Shown piece by piece: positions 20,036 through 29,355 of a DNA stretch of 64,000 nt (the first letter of the stretch is position 1; each line of letters begins with the position of its first letter). The stretch comes from Candidatus Terraquivivens tengchongensis. GTDB taxonomy: Archaea > Thermoproteota > Nitrososphaeria_A > Caldarchaeales > Wolframiiraptoraceae. The position numbers and the translations under genes were made by a program. A model generated the notes under the pieces. The model saw only the letters and a program-made list of their open reading frames with translations, was not told where the DNA came from and ran no database searches. The stretch spans positions 160,001 to 224,000 of the forward strand of contig JALNJZ010000001.1 of the NCBI GenBank assembly GCA_023261845.1, read 5' to 3'.

Positions 20036-21084
20036 GTTTTTATGACTCTCTGAAGTATTCTGGAAGCACTCAGCCCTTCAGCAATACCAGCTGCTATGAT
20101 GGATATGTTCCTTACTTCAAGTTCTTTAAGCCTTAGGAGTGCAAGAGGTACGCTGACACTGAATATGTCCCTCAAAAATGCTTCTGATGCTCTCTCTAAG
20201 GACAGTTTCTCAAAGGCCTCCTCAAGCGCCCTTATTATTGCAACACCTGATGTTGGTAGTTCGGGCAGCATGGATGTGTAGGGAGTCTTCTCCTCTAAAA
20301 TATGCAGGATATCAGGTATGCTCTCGGCCTCGACCATCATATTTATGACGTCTCTCGAAATATTTACCGCCTTGTCTAACAAGAAACGTCTAATCTCAGC
20401 GACGGTGAGTCCCCATAATTTAGACCTCATGATTGCTAATACCATATAACCATCTACATCAACTGCTACTATCTGTCTGACCCTTTTACGCTCGGCGAAA
20501 CGTAACTTACTAAATCCTTCCAGAACTTCTGAGAAGTATGCCTTATCCATGGCTGTGTCAAAAACGGCGAGGTCCTTCTCTTTCTCATAAACCTCGAAAG
20601 CCAAATATGCCACATCACTAAACTTCGTTCCGGACAAGGACTTCACGGCCTCTGCCAGGTCTTTTGCCGCCATAGCCTTTACAACGATGTCTCTCCTTTT
20701 TACCAATTCTTCTGCCCTGAAGTCAACAAGTTCTAGAAGTTCTTCGTAGCTCTTGCCCAAGGCCTTACCTTTTAGAATTGTCTTGAGATTCGATGTTAAG
20801 TATTTCATATAATAGGCCTGGATTATGGCAGCATTCTTTGACTTCATGGCCATGTCAAAATGAACTTCAATTAAGCGTCTTCTTAATGCCAATTCTATAC
20901 TGATGGGCTTTAACGGTCTTGGAAGATTAGATACGTAGGGACCATAATCTGTCGGTCTTAGCTTTTCAACCAACTCATCGAGGTTTTTGGAACTAGCCAA
21001 CTCTTCCAGCATAGCATATGAGAGCAGTTTGCCCTTTAGACCGTAACTCTTTCCTATAACATACTCTAAGTCTCGAAGCGTCAT
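20029..21084 (-). CDS. atpC: A/V-type ATP synthase subunit C
   Basis: About 350 aa, [29 protein letters not shown]. Confidence 0.85.
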   Translation of the reverse strand: MTLRDLEYVIGKSYGLKGKLLSYAMLEELASSKNLDELVEKLRPTDYGPYVSNLPRPLKPISIELALRRRLIEVHFDMAMKSKNAAIIQAYYMKYLTSNLKTILKGKALGKSYEELLELVDFRAEELVKRRDIVVKAMAAKDLAEAVKSLSGTKFSDVAYLAFEVYEKEKDLAVFDTAMDKAYFSEVLEGFSKLRFAERKRVRQIVAVDVDGYMVLAIMRSKLWGLTVAEIRRFLLDKAVNISRDVINMMVEAESIPDILHILEEKTPYTSMLPELPTSGVAIIRALEEAFEKLSLERASEAFLRDIFSVSVPLALLRLKELEVRNISIIAAGIAEGLSASRILQRVIKTQ

Positions 21085-21428
21085 ATTATTTCCTTCTTCC
21101 CTAATAACACATCTATCGTGAACTGTATTGCATCGTTTAACTTACCTTCTATCCTTGCCTTCAGCTTTGTTAACAACTCCTTATTCTTCTCGAGTACTCT
21201 TTCCGCTTCGGCTCTGGCCTCGGATTGGGCCTGTTTTACCATCTCATCTGCGACCATCCTCACATTTTTTAGTGCAACTTCTTTAGCAATAATTGCCTCG
21301 CTCTTGGCTAACTCTAAGATTTCCCTTCGAGCTTTTTCAGCATATGTCTTCAATTCATCCAATTCCTTATCCACATTTAATAACAAAGAGATGATGTTCT
21401 CAAACTCCTCCTTACCGACGAGTACCAT
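21081..21428 (-). CDS. A/V-type ATP synthase subunit H/G-like coiled-coil protein
   Basis: Ala/Glu/Lys-rich coiled coil overlapping the atpC start. Confidence 0.65.
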   Translation of the reverse strand: MVLVGKEEFENIISLLLNVDKELDELKTYAEKARREILELAKSEAIIAKEVALKNVRMVADEMVKQAQSEARAEAERVLEKNKELLTKLKARIEGKLNDAIQFTIDVLLGKKEII

Positions 21429-21527
21429 CTCAAGTCAACTCAGTGGCAGTCGGGAGATTTATAATTTTTACCAAGGGTTAGAGAGGCATAAATATGACTC
21501 TGTGCCTAGAATTGGTTGTGAAAGGTC

Positions 21528-21782
21528 TTGAGAGCTTATGTGATGCTCACGACAAAGCCTGGCACTTCCATGGAAGTTCTGAAGTATATAAAAGAAGTTG
21601 GCAGTATTGAGGGCGTAGTCCAAGCTGACCCGGTCTTTGGAAGGTTTGATGCGATAGTCGTGGTTGAGGTCCCAAGTTTAGAAAAACTGAGTGAAGTCAT
21701 CTATAAAGTAATAGAAAAAATTCCTAATGTTATACACACTGAGACAGCTATAGTGCTTGCTCCTCTTAAAAGTGAGGAATGA
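21528..21782 (+). CDS. Lrp/AsnC ligand-binding (RAM) domain protein
   Basis: RAYVML..VFGRFDAIV..NVIHTET. No HTH. Confidence 0.85.
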   Translation: MRAYVMLTTKPGTSMEVLKYIKEVGSIEGVVQADPVFGRFDAIVVVEVPSLEKLSEVIYKVIEKIPNVIHTETAIVLAPLKSEE

Positions 21783-22141
21783 TGCCCGTCATCGCATTCG
21801 TGTTGGTCAGAACAGTTCCTGGTACGTCGCATGAGCTCATAGCGTCTAGAAAGATTAAGGGTGTTAAGATGGCCCATAGCGTGTTCGGCAGGTACGATGC
21901 CGTCCTAGTGTTAACTGCGAAAGATTTTTATGAGTTGTCGAAAATCATATACGAAGTTGTCGAAAAGCATCCAAATGTTGTGCATACAGAGACGTTAATA
22001 GCCATGCCATATCCACTCCCGGAGGTGAAGAAGCCCGTAGAAAAACCCCACAGAGTTATTTCGTTTCACTGTCCGAGTTGCCACCATCTAGTTGAGCAGG
22101 ATTCAACTATCTGCCCATTCTGCGGATATGTATTCCAATAA
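21779..22141 (+). CDS. Lrp/AsnC ligand-binding domain protein with C-terminal zinc ribbon
   Basis: VFGRYDAV..VVHTETL plus CPSC..CPFC. Confidence 0.82.
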   Translation: MMPVIAFVLVRTVPGTSHELIASRKIKGVKMAHSVFGRYDAVLVLTAKDFYELSKIIYEVVEKHPNVVHTETLIAMPYPLPEVKKPVEKPHRVISFHCPSCHHLVEQDSTICPFCGYVFQ

Positions 22142-22179
22142 ACAGAGTTATATTTTGGCTCACTGAATATATTAAAGAG

Positions 22180-22605
22180 GTGAATTGTGTGGTTGAGAAA
22201 CTTGCTATAGTGCTCTTCTCTGGAACTGTCGATAAGCTCTACCCGGTCAGCATAATCGCCTCTGGTGCTGTCGCAATGGGCATGGAAGTTGACATCTTCG
22301 CGACTTTTTGGGGTTTAAACGCGTTAAGGAAAGATATGCTGACTACCAACACGAAAATCTCGAAAGACTTTGAGGACATGGGTCAGGCTATGATGCAACT
22401 GATGGAGCAGAAGAACGTTCAACCATGGTATGAAATACTTAAGAAAGCAAAGGAGTTAGGGAACGTGAGAGTACATGCATGTGCTATGACTTTTGACCTT
22501 ATGGGGATGAAAAAAGAGGACCTTGCGGACTTCGTTGACGATGTCGTAGCTGTTGGTGAATTCATCAATATAGCAAAGGATGCTAAGATAACGCTGTTTA
22601 TATAA
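22180..22605 (+). CDS. DsrE/DsrF/DrsH-like (DsrE2) sulfur relay protein
   Basis: IASGAVAMG..FATFWG, HACAMTFDLMG, KITLFI. Confidence 0.9.
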   Translation: MNCVVEKLAIVLFSGTVDKLYPVSIIASGAVAMGMEVDIFATFWGLNALRKDMLTTNTKISKDFEDMGQAMMQLMEQKNVQPWYEILKKAKELGNVRVHACAMTFDLMGMKKEDLADFVDDVVAVGEFINIAKDAKITLFI

Positions 22606-22625
22606 AAAGCAGGTGATGGAACGGC

Positions 22626-22868
22626 ATGGGTCAAGACGTTAAGGTTGACAGAGTAATAGATGCTAGAGGCAGTTTCTGTCCAGGACCTCTGATGGAGCTG
22701 ATTAAGGCAATTAGGGAGGCTAAAGTCGGTGAGGTTATCAGCGTTTACTCTTCTGACAGCGGATCAAAGCGTGACATACCTCTTTGGGTCAAGAAGGCTG
22801 GTCATGAGCTGATCGGGGTTTTCGACCGTAACGGTTATGCAGAGTTCATTGTTCGGAAGAAGCGTTAA
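22626..22868 (+). CDS. tusA: TusA/SirA family sulfurtransferase
   Basis: [10 protein letters not shown] motif. Confidence 0.9.
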   Translation: MGQDVKVDRVIDARGSFCPGPLMELIKAIREAKVGEVISVYSSDSGSKRDIPLWVKKAGHELIGVFDRNGYAEFIVRKKR

Positions 22869-22870
22869 CC

Positions 22871-23347
22871 ATGAAGAAAGTTCTGATACTAGGTGGCGGA
22901 GTAGGTGGCACGATAGTTGCGAATGTCCTAGCAAGAAAAGTCTCTCCGAGCGAAGCGAATATAACGCTCGTTGATGCAACAGGAAAACACGCTTACCAAC
23001 CTGGTTTTATTTATGTCGCTTTTGGTGATGCGAAGCCAGAGAACTTAGTCGGAGATGAAAGAAGTTTACTTGATAAACACGTTAATTTAATCATTGATGA
23101 AGCTATTTTGATAGAGTCTAACGAAAGGAGGGTCCATTTAAAATCTGGTAGAATCCTAGAATATGATTATTTGGTTGTGGCTACCGGCGCTAGGTTATGT
23201 CCTGAAGAATTATCAGATTTTAAGGCCGCACATCACTTTTATGATCTTGATGCCTCAATAAGGTTGAGGAGGGTGCTTGATAACTTTCCAGGCGGCAGGG
23301 TCGTGATTGGCATAGGTATACCCTACAAATGTCCAGCCCGCACGTGA
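22871..23347 (+). pseudogene. Truncated sulfide:quinone oxidoreductase-like flavoprotein (N-terminal part only)
   Basis: ILGGGVGG, YDYLVVATG, ends at GIPYKCPART*. Full SQRs are about 380-400 aa. Confidence 0.75.
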
Positions 23348-23466
23348 AACTTTTTCTATTAGTGTCTCCTAACAGAATTAGTTGCTTCCCGTTTGGTTTC
23401 GTTTTAGGACAGTTCACGTGATGACACCTGTATACTCTGCTGTTCTTCGTTATGTTCTCTTTTAAT

Positions 23467-23670
23467 TTATGTTTGGAACGGGACTATATAGATATTGTTT
23501 CCTTCTTTCTCTCTTAACAAGCTTTAGGTGTCTCAGTATTGCAATTTGAGTTTCCAGCTCGTGTCTGGGGATTTTCAGCTGGTTTAGGAGCTCATCTATT
23601 GTGATTTTTCCCTTTGACTTAACGAGGTTGTAGATTCTTTTTCTGGTTTTCTGAAGAGGTTAACCCTTCA
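23467..23670 (-). pseudogene. Winged-HTH protein C-terminal fragment
   Basis: QKTRKRIYNLVKSKGKITIDELLNQLKIPRHELETQIAILRHLKLVKREEGNNIYIVPFQT*. In-frame stop upstream and no start codon. Confidence 0.55.
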
Positions 23671-23728
23671 ATAAAATTGTCTAGTAAAAGGCGATGTTTA
23701 ACCTCTTAAGATTTGTAGTGGAGATTGT

Positions 23729-24490
23729 TCAAGCCTCTATGGGAGCGACAATTTTATGTTCTTTGATTACGATTGTTGGAACGCCGTAAACTTTAAAGAG
23801 GTTTTCTGGGTTAAATACGTCATCAGGCTTTCCAGCCGCGAAAACCCTTCCCCTGTTTAACAGTAAAATTTTGTCGGATACCCTGTATGCTTGGGTAAGA
23901 TCGTGGATCGCCATTATTATAATTAAGCCTCTTGATCGTAACGACTTTATAATGTTCAAAGTTTCCAGCTGGTATTTGAGGTCTAGGCTGTTTGTCGGCT
24001 CGTCCAGAAGCATGACTTCAGGCTCTCCAGCTAAAGCTCTGGCGATTATGACCCTTTGAAGCTCGCCTCCGCTGAGCTCCTCCAATGTTCTATCAGCAAG
24101 GTCGACAGCGTCAACGGTCTTTAAAGCCTCATAGACTTTCTCTTCATCGGTTTTCGACGGGGCAAAGTCTATGTATGGTCTTCTCCCGGTCATCACAAAA
24201 TCATAGACCGTCAACATTCCAGAAGTGTAGACTTTTTGTGGGACAACTCCGGTTTTACGTGCAACCTCTTTCCTAGGAATTTCACTTAAAGGTTTCTTGT
24301 CGATATATATGACACCCATGTGTGGCTTTAAAACTCCGTTAATCACCTTTAAAAGTGTGCTCTTACCCGCTCCGTTAGGTCCTATAACTGAAAGCGTTTC
24401 ACCAGCATATACGTTTAATGATACACCGTCTAAAGCTTTAATGCTTTGATAATAAACTTTTACGTCTTTAACGTTAATCTCTATAACCAT
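23729..24490 (-). CDS. Metal-chelate ABC transporter ATP-binding protein (FepC/BtuD-like)
   Basis: GPNGAGKST, LSGGELQRV, LLDEPT, IHDL. Confidence 0.92.
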   Translation of the reverse strand: MVIEINVKDVKVYYQSIKALDGVSLNVYAGETLSVIGPNGAGKSTLLKVINGVLKPHMGVIYIDKKPLSEIPRKEVARKTGVVPQKVYTSGMLTVYDFVMTGRRPYIDFAPSKTDEEKVYEALKTVDAVDLADRTLEELSGGELQRVIIARALAGEPEVMLLDEPTNSLDLKYQLETLNIIKSLRSRGLIIIMAIHDLTQAYRVSDKILLLNRGRVFAAGKPDDVFNPENLFKVYGVPTIVIKEHKIVAPIEA

Positions 24491-25523
24491 GCCTACCCCC
24501 TTTAAGGAGAAGGTAAACAAGCAGTGGAACACCTATAAGCGATGTCATTATCCCAACAGGAATTATTGTGGGGGCTATAATGGTTCTGCCAACAGTGTCC
24601 GACAGCGTGAGGATTAACGAACCCATAACCATGGAGGCAGGCATCAAGTATCTATGGCCGCCTCCAAAAATCAGCCTAGCTGCATGAGGCGCAATAAGGC
24701 AAACAAAGCCTATAACACCCACAAAGGACGTGGCAAGTGCTGCAGCCAACGCCGCCACTATTGTTGTTTCAAGCCTAATTCTTTGCGGGTTTACACCAGC
24801 AGACTTCGCCAGTTCATCCCCGCTTAGAATTAAGTCATAATCTAAACTTCTCAATATGAAGTAGGGAATAACAATCGCCAAAGACACGACGGCAACGAGA
24901 TCAAACTCCACCCGTGCTATTCTTCCAAGATCACCGAAAGTCCAGAAGACAACAGTTGAGACAAGCACCTCGTTGAGGTATAAATACTGCAGCAAATAAA
25001 GAACCGCCTGATACGCGAAAGATACAGCAATGGCTGATAGGACAAGCGCCCCTGAACTCAATCCAGCCCTGTATGCGAGAAGAAGTATAACCATAACTTG
25101 GATAAGGGAGAAGACAAACGCGAATGTTGATACAACGAACGGGTTGTACACTTGTATACGAAATCTTTGAATTTCCCCTCCATGCATTATCAGAAGGGAA
25201 AATGCAACACCTAAAGAAGCTGCTGAGGAAAGCCCAAAAGTGAATGGGGATGCCAAAGGATTCCTCATAGACGCCTGTATGGCGGTGCCTGAGCCACCCA
25301 ATATTGCCCCTATAACAATTGCGGCTAGAACGCGCCTAAGTCTTAAATCCCAAACAACCGTCGACAACACACTGTTGTCTGGCATAATAAGAACCCGAAC
25401 AATGTCAAAAAGCGAAGCCTTATACCATCCTAAAGATATAGAAACAGGAACCAAAAAAAGTGTTAAAAAAATTAAGGTAATTAGAGCCAGCTGCTTTTTC
25501 CTCTTTGGTTGTAGCCTAACCAA
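24474..25523 (-). CDS. FecCD/BtuC-family ABC permease
   Basis: LRLRR, RNPLASPFTFG, GVIGFVCLIAPH, IPVGIMTSLIGVP. Confidence 0.92.
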   Translation of the reverse strand: MVRLQPKRKKQLALITLIFLTLFLVPVSISLGWYKASLFDIVRVLIMPDNSVLSTVVWDLRLRRVLAAIVIGAILGGSGTAIQASMRNPLASPFTFGLSSAASLGVAFSLLIMHGGEIQRFRIQVYNPFVVSTFAFVFSLIQVMVILLLAYRAGLSSGALVLSAIAVSFAYQAVLYLLQYLYLNEVLVSTVVFWTFGDLGRIARVEFDLVAVVSLAIVIPYFILRSLDYDLILSGDELAKSAGVNPQRIRLETTIVAALAAALATSFVGVIGFVCLIAPHAARLIFGGGHRYLMPASMVMGSLILTLSDTVGRTIIAPTIIPVGIMTSLIGVPLLVYLLLKGGRHGYRD

Positions 25524-25525
25524 AG

Positions 25526-26680
25526 CTATGACACCTTGAAGAATTCAGACAGGTTCTTGAACCCACCATAAGCCTCCGTATAGGACTGGTAGAGGGGCTT
25601 ACCGAGGAAAAAGCTGAAAATCTCGTCAGCCTTCTTTGCGGGGTCTACGTCAGCGAATTTGTCCGGATATAGCACTTTGCCAATGTAGTATGCATCAGCT
25701 AAAGCTACTGCAACATTCGTGTGGTAATAGTTGTAGGGAAGTGTGCCGTAAACGCGGCCATCTTTGAAAGCATTTAACTGCAAGTACTTAGACGGATCCT
25801 TGTCAAAGTCTTGTTTTACCGTGTTTAGATTTCCCTCGTCAATAAACACTACGTCAGGCTGTTCTTGGAGTATAGCTTCAAAATCCCAGAAGAAGATGCC
25901 TGTCTGGTTTGAGTACTTGTCAGCGATGGATGGAGTGTGCAGAAGGGTGAGTGGTGGGAAGGGCGTTTGGGTTGTGGTGAACGGTTGAGCACCTTTATAG
26001 GATACTGCGCCAACGTAAACCTTCGGCCGGGATGAAATTTCCTTAGTTCTGGCTTCCAAATCTGCGCATAGGCTGTTTATAAAGCTTATTAATTCTTCAG
26101 CTCTCTCCCTTTTGTTTAATGCTTTACCGAGAACCCTTAAGGCGTTAGCAAAACCCTCAACATCCAATTGTCCAGCTGGACCATAATCCATAACAATAAC
26201 CGTAGAGTTTGTCTCGCTCTGCAGCCTATCTGGATCGTACATTTCCGCGTATATGCGCGACATTATTATGAGGTCTGGCTTTACAGTTAATATCAACTCT
26301 GGCGCTGGAGGTTTGCCTGGACCACCTGGTCCTATTACTGGAAGGTTTTGAAAAACTTGGCCGAAAGCCATGGCATAGTCTCTGCCCGTGAAACCCCATT
26401 TTGTTTCGCTTTCCTCAACACCGACAAGTAGGTCGTAGGCATTTAGGTAGCAAACTAGTCTAAGCATTCCAGGACCAATGGCTACTACACGTGTAACACT
26501 TTCAGGCAACGTAACATTTCTCCCTAGAACATCTATCACATAATTTTCTGATGGCGTTTTTTGTTCTGGCGGCAAGTGGAACTTGAAAACTAAAGAGGTC
26601 GCGACAACCGCTACGGCTACAACTATTATCAAGGCTGCCGTCTGTATTTTGGTTAAACCTTTTCCGTCCATGGCGCTCAC
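25526..26680 (-). CDS. Metal-chelate ABC transporter substrate-binding protein
   Basis: N-terminal TM anchor, DVLGRNVTLP..RVVAIGPG, YPDKFADVD. Confidence 0.88.
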   Translation of the reverse strand: MSAMDGKGLTKIQTAALIIVVAVAVVATSLVFKFHLPPEQKTPSENYVIDVLGRNVTLPESVTRVVAIGPGMLRLVCYLNAYDLLVGVEESETKWGFTGRDYAMAFGQVFQNLPVIGPGGPGKPPAPELILTVKPDLIIMSRIYAEMYDPDRLQSETNSTVIVMDYGPAGQLDVEGFANALRVLGKALNKRERAEELISFINSLCADLEARTKEISSRPKVYVGAVSYKGAQPFTTTQTPFPPLTLLHTPSIADKYSNQTGIFFWDFEAILQEQPDVVFIDEGNLNTVKQDFDKDPSKYLQLNAFKDGRVYGTLPYNYYHTNVAVALADAYYIGKVLYPDKFADVDPAKKADEIFSFFLGKPLYQSYTEAYGGFKNLSEFFKVS

Positions 26681-27348
26681 CGGACGTATGGAACCTTAAA
26701 GCGTGGCACTATGCCTCTACCGACGACGGCTTCACATTCGCCCTGGCAGGTTAGGCATACCGTCTTCCCATCAACGAAATTAACCCTCGTTTTCATGACT
26801 AGTTCTCCACACTTTTCGCACCTAACACTCTCAAAAATTGGAGCCCTCTCAATCTCCTTCACTTCAACCTCTTCAATTTTGAATTCTTCTTCAGGAAGAT
26901 TGCTCATGGCATAGCCTATTTCTGTCCACATTTTCCGCAGCTTTTCAACGTCTTCAGATGTTCCAGTCCTCTTTGCAACAACCTTCTCAAAAAGTTCCAA
27001 TGCCTCTTTTTTGAAATGTTTCTCACGAAGTTTATCCCCATCAACGTAAACCCTTACGCCTTTCCAATCGCTTCTCCTAACAAGCGTTAACGCGTTTTTA
27101 CCAACATCAAGATATATTAGGCAATTGTTTCCAAGGGTGCAGCCAGTTGCAACCTGAACGCCATCAGCAAAGCAATTGTTACACTCGATAATGGCTAAAA
27201 CTTCCTCTCCAACAGTCTCGGTTTCACCGGCCTTTCTAACTCCAAGTCTTTTCATAGCAATTTCAGAAGCCCTCAAACCCAAAACCAAAAAGGGACATAT
27301 ATGTCCATGAAGCTCTTTCGCCTTTTCAATCAAAGCCTGATCAACCAT
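26677..27348 (-). CDS. FmdE family protein with C-terminal zinc finger
   Basis: HGHICPFLVLG, CFADGVQVATGCTLGN, CEKCGE..CLTC. Confidence 0.9.
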   Translation of the reverse strand: MVDQALIEKAKELHGHICPFLVLGLRASEIAMKRLGVRKAGETETVGEEVLAIIECNNCFADGVQVATGCTLGNNCLIYLDVGKNALTLVRRSDWKGVRVYVDGDKLREKHFKKEALELFEKVVAKRTGTSEDVEKLRKMWTEIGYAMSNLPEEEFKIEEVEVKEIERAPIFESVRCEKCGELVMKTRVNFVDGKTVCLTCQGECEAVVGRGIVPRFKVPYVR

Positions 27349-27362
27349 ACAACCTTCACCTG

Positions 27363-27390
27363 GTATTACTTTTTTTAAGAAAAGTAACAC
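27363..27390. promoter_or_regulatory. NikR-like operator (GTATTA-N16-TAACAC)
   Basis: Inverted repeat GTATTACTTTT..AAAAGTAACAC between a TATA-like AT tract (about 27397-27410) and the fmdE ATG. Confidence 0.6.
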
Positions 27391-27612
27391 TAAAGTTAAT
27401 TAATAAATTTTTCCCAAAAAGTAACAGGTTTCGCTTTATATCATCACTGCAGTCTATTTCTTCGTAGGACATTCTCCCCTTTTTGGATGCTGTCGCTAAT
27501 ACTGCTGCCCAAGATAGTTGTCTGCTTGCCTGGAAAATCGCCTTCCTAAAACTTCGTTAACCTTTTTAGGCTTTCCAAATTGTATACCTCAAAAATAAAG
27601 GGATTTGATGGT

Positions 27613-27945
27613 TTAGCGTGCAATGTATGGTTTTTTAACTTGTTCTACAACCTTTAGAGCTACTATCTTCGGCATGTAGTGGCTTATTGTAAGGATTGTT
27701 CCCCATATGGCTAGTGTGACAATGAACATGGCTGATCCTACGGTGACCATTTCATGAGGCATTACTGGTATGTCTGCAGGGTTTCGCCATTGCCGTTAAG
27801 AATGGTGACCATGGGACGGCTTCAGCATGTCATACGTGTTCTAACACCAACAGTATTACGCCGCCCCATAATAGCGCGTTAAGAATCCAAAGCTTCAACT
27901 TCTCAACAAAGCTTCGCGCCGTCTTCTGTATGATTGATGTGATTC
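27613..27945 (-). pseudogene. Degraded membrane protein gene
   Basis: KLKLWILNALLWGGVILLVLEHV*HAEAVPWSPFLTAM, then a frameshift to NPADIPVMPHEMVTVGSAM. Confidence 0.6.
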
Positions 27946-28093
27946 AAGAAACAACAGAAGTTACTGCTCGGCAGCTCTTAACTGGTATACCAACGTGAAC
28001 AAGCATCGCTAAAATTGCAATTTTTACTTTAAGGTTAACTAGAGAGCCTTGAATAGAAAATGTTTTAAAACCCGAAGTTTATGCTATAGTTCC

Positions 28094-29227
28094 ATGGCAA
28101 AATACAAGATTGCTGTGCTACCGGGCGATGGGATAGGCGTTGAGGTGATAAAGGCTGCACTTATGGTTTTGGAGGCGGCAAACTTTGATGCTGAGTATAT
28201 TCATGGTGATATAGGCTGGGAATTTTGGTGTAAGGAGGGGAACCCGCTACCAGACAGGACGCTTAAGATCATAAAAGAGACGGATTGTGCGCTTTTTGGT
28301 GCCATAACCTCTAAACCAAAGGAAGATGCTGAAAAGGAGCTCGCACCAGAGCTCCGAGGGAAAGGTTTTACTTACTATAGTCCGATAATTCGCCTAAGGC
28401 AGGAGCTGGACCTTTATGCATGCGTTCGACCGTGCAAAGCCTTTTCAGGGAATCCCCTAAACTACAGAGATGGTATAGATATCGTGATATTCAGGGAAAA
28501 CACTGAGGGGCTTTACGCAGGTGTTGAGTTCTACCCGCTAAGTAGAAAGGTGTTCGACGCATTATGCGAGAACGTTAGGATGAAGGAGTTTGAAAAGTTT
28601 GGCCTTGAAAACGTGGCGGTTTCTCTTCGGGTTATGACGAAACAGGCCTGTGAAAGGATCGTTAGGGCCGCTTTCGAGTATGCGAGAAAACACAAAAGAA
28701 GGTCGGTCACGGTCGTTGATAAACCAAACGTGTTAAGGGAGACGGGTGGATTGATGCTGAGCGTTGCCAGAAAGATAGCGGCTGAGTATCCGGATATAGA
28801 ATATAGGGAGGCGAACGTAGATGCAATGTGTATGTGGATGTTAAAGAACCCGCTCGAGCATGACATAATAGTAGCCGAGAATATGTTCGGCGATATACTT
28901 TCAGATTTGGCGGCACAATTCGTTGGAGGTCTTGGATTCGCTTACAGCGGCAACATAGGTGACAATTACGCAATCTTCGAGCCAGTTCATGGTTCGGCAC
29001 CAAAGCACGCTGGCAAAAACAAGGCAAACCCAATAGCTGCAATAATGGCTGGTAAGATGATGGTTGAGTGGCTCGGCGAGGTTGAGGTGGCGCGGGCCAT
29101 AGAAGAGGCTGTAGCGGAAGTGATACTAGAAGGGAAGTTAAGGACATATGATATGGGGGGGCAGACTACTACTACAGAGATGGCTGAGGGCATAGCCTCA
29201 AAGGTCGCCAAAAAAACAAAAAGGTAA
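28094..29227 (+). CDS. Isocitrate/isopropylmalate/homoisocitrate dehydrogenase family protein
   Basis: LPGDGIG, FRENTEGLY, NMFGDILSD, FEPVHGSAPK. Confidence 0.92.
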   Translation: MAKYKIAVLPGDGIGVEVIKAALMVLEAANFDAEYIHGDIGWEFWCKEGNPLPDRTLKIIKETDCALFGAITSKPKEDAEKELAPELRGKGFTYYSPIIRLRQELDLYACVRPCKAFSGNPLNYRDGIDIVIFRENTEGLYAGVEFYPLSRKVFDALCENVRMKEFEKFGLENVAVSLRVMTKQACERIVRAAFEYARKHKRRSVTVVDKPNVLRETGGLMLSVARKIAAEYPDIEYREANVDAMCMWMLKNPLEHDIIVAENMFGDILSDLAAQFVGGLGFAYSGNIGDNYAIFEPVHGSAPKHAGKNKANPIAAIMAGKMMVEWLGEVEVARAIEEAVAEVILEGKLRTYDMGGQTTTTEMAEGIASKVAKKTKR

Positions 29228-29355
29228 ATACGCATTCACATGTTTGGGTTCACGAGTTTTTAGTGTAGTACAATTGTATGGAATATCTGTCTTCTGATCT
29301 TAATTTAAGAATTTCAGTTTAAATAGTGAATTGTAACATAAAAAATGCGAATAAT

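Noticed and set aside
27835-27845. In-frame TGA as a recoded (Sec/Trp) codon in the membrane-protein relic
   Set aside because: It is accompanied by a frameshift and a lost start, and TGA is used as a normal stop throughout the window.
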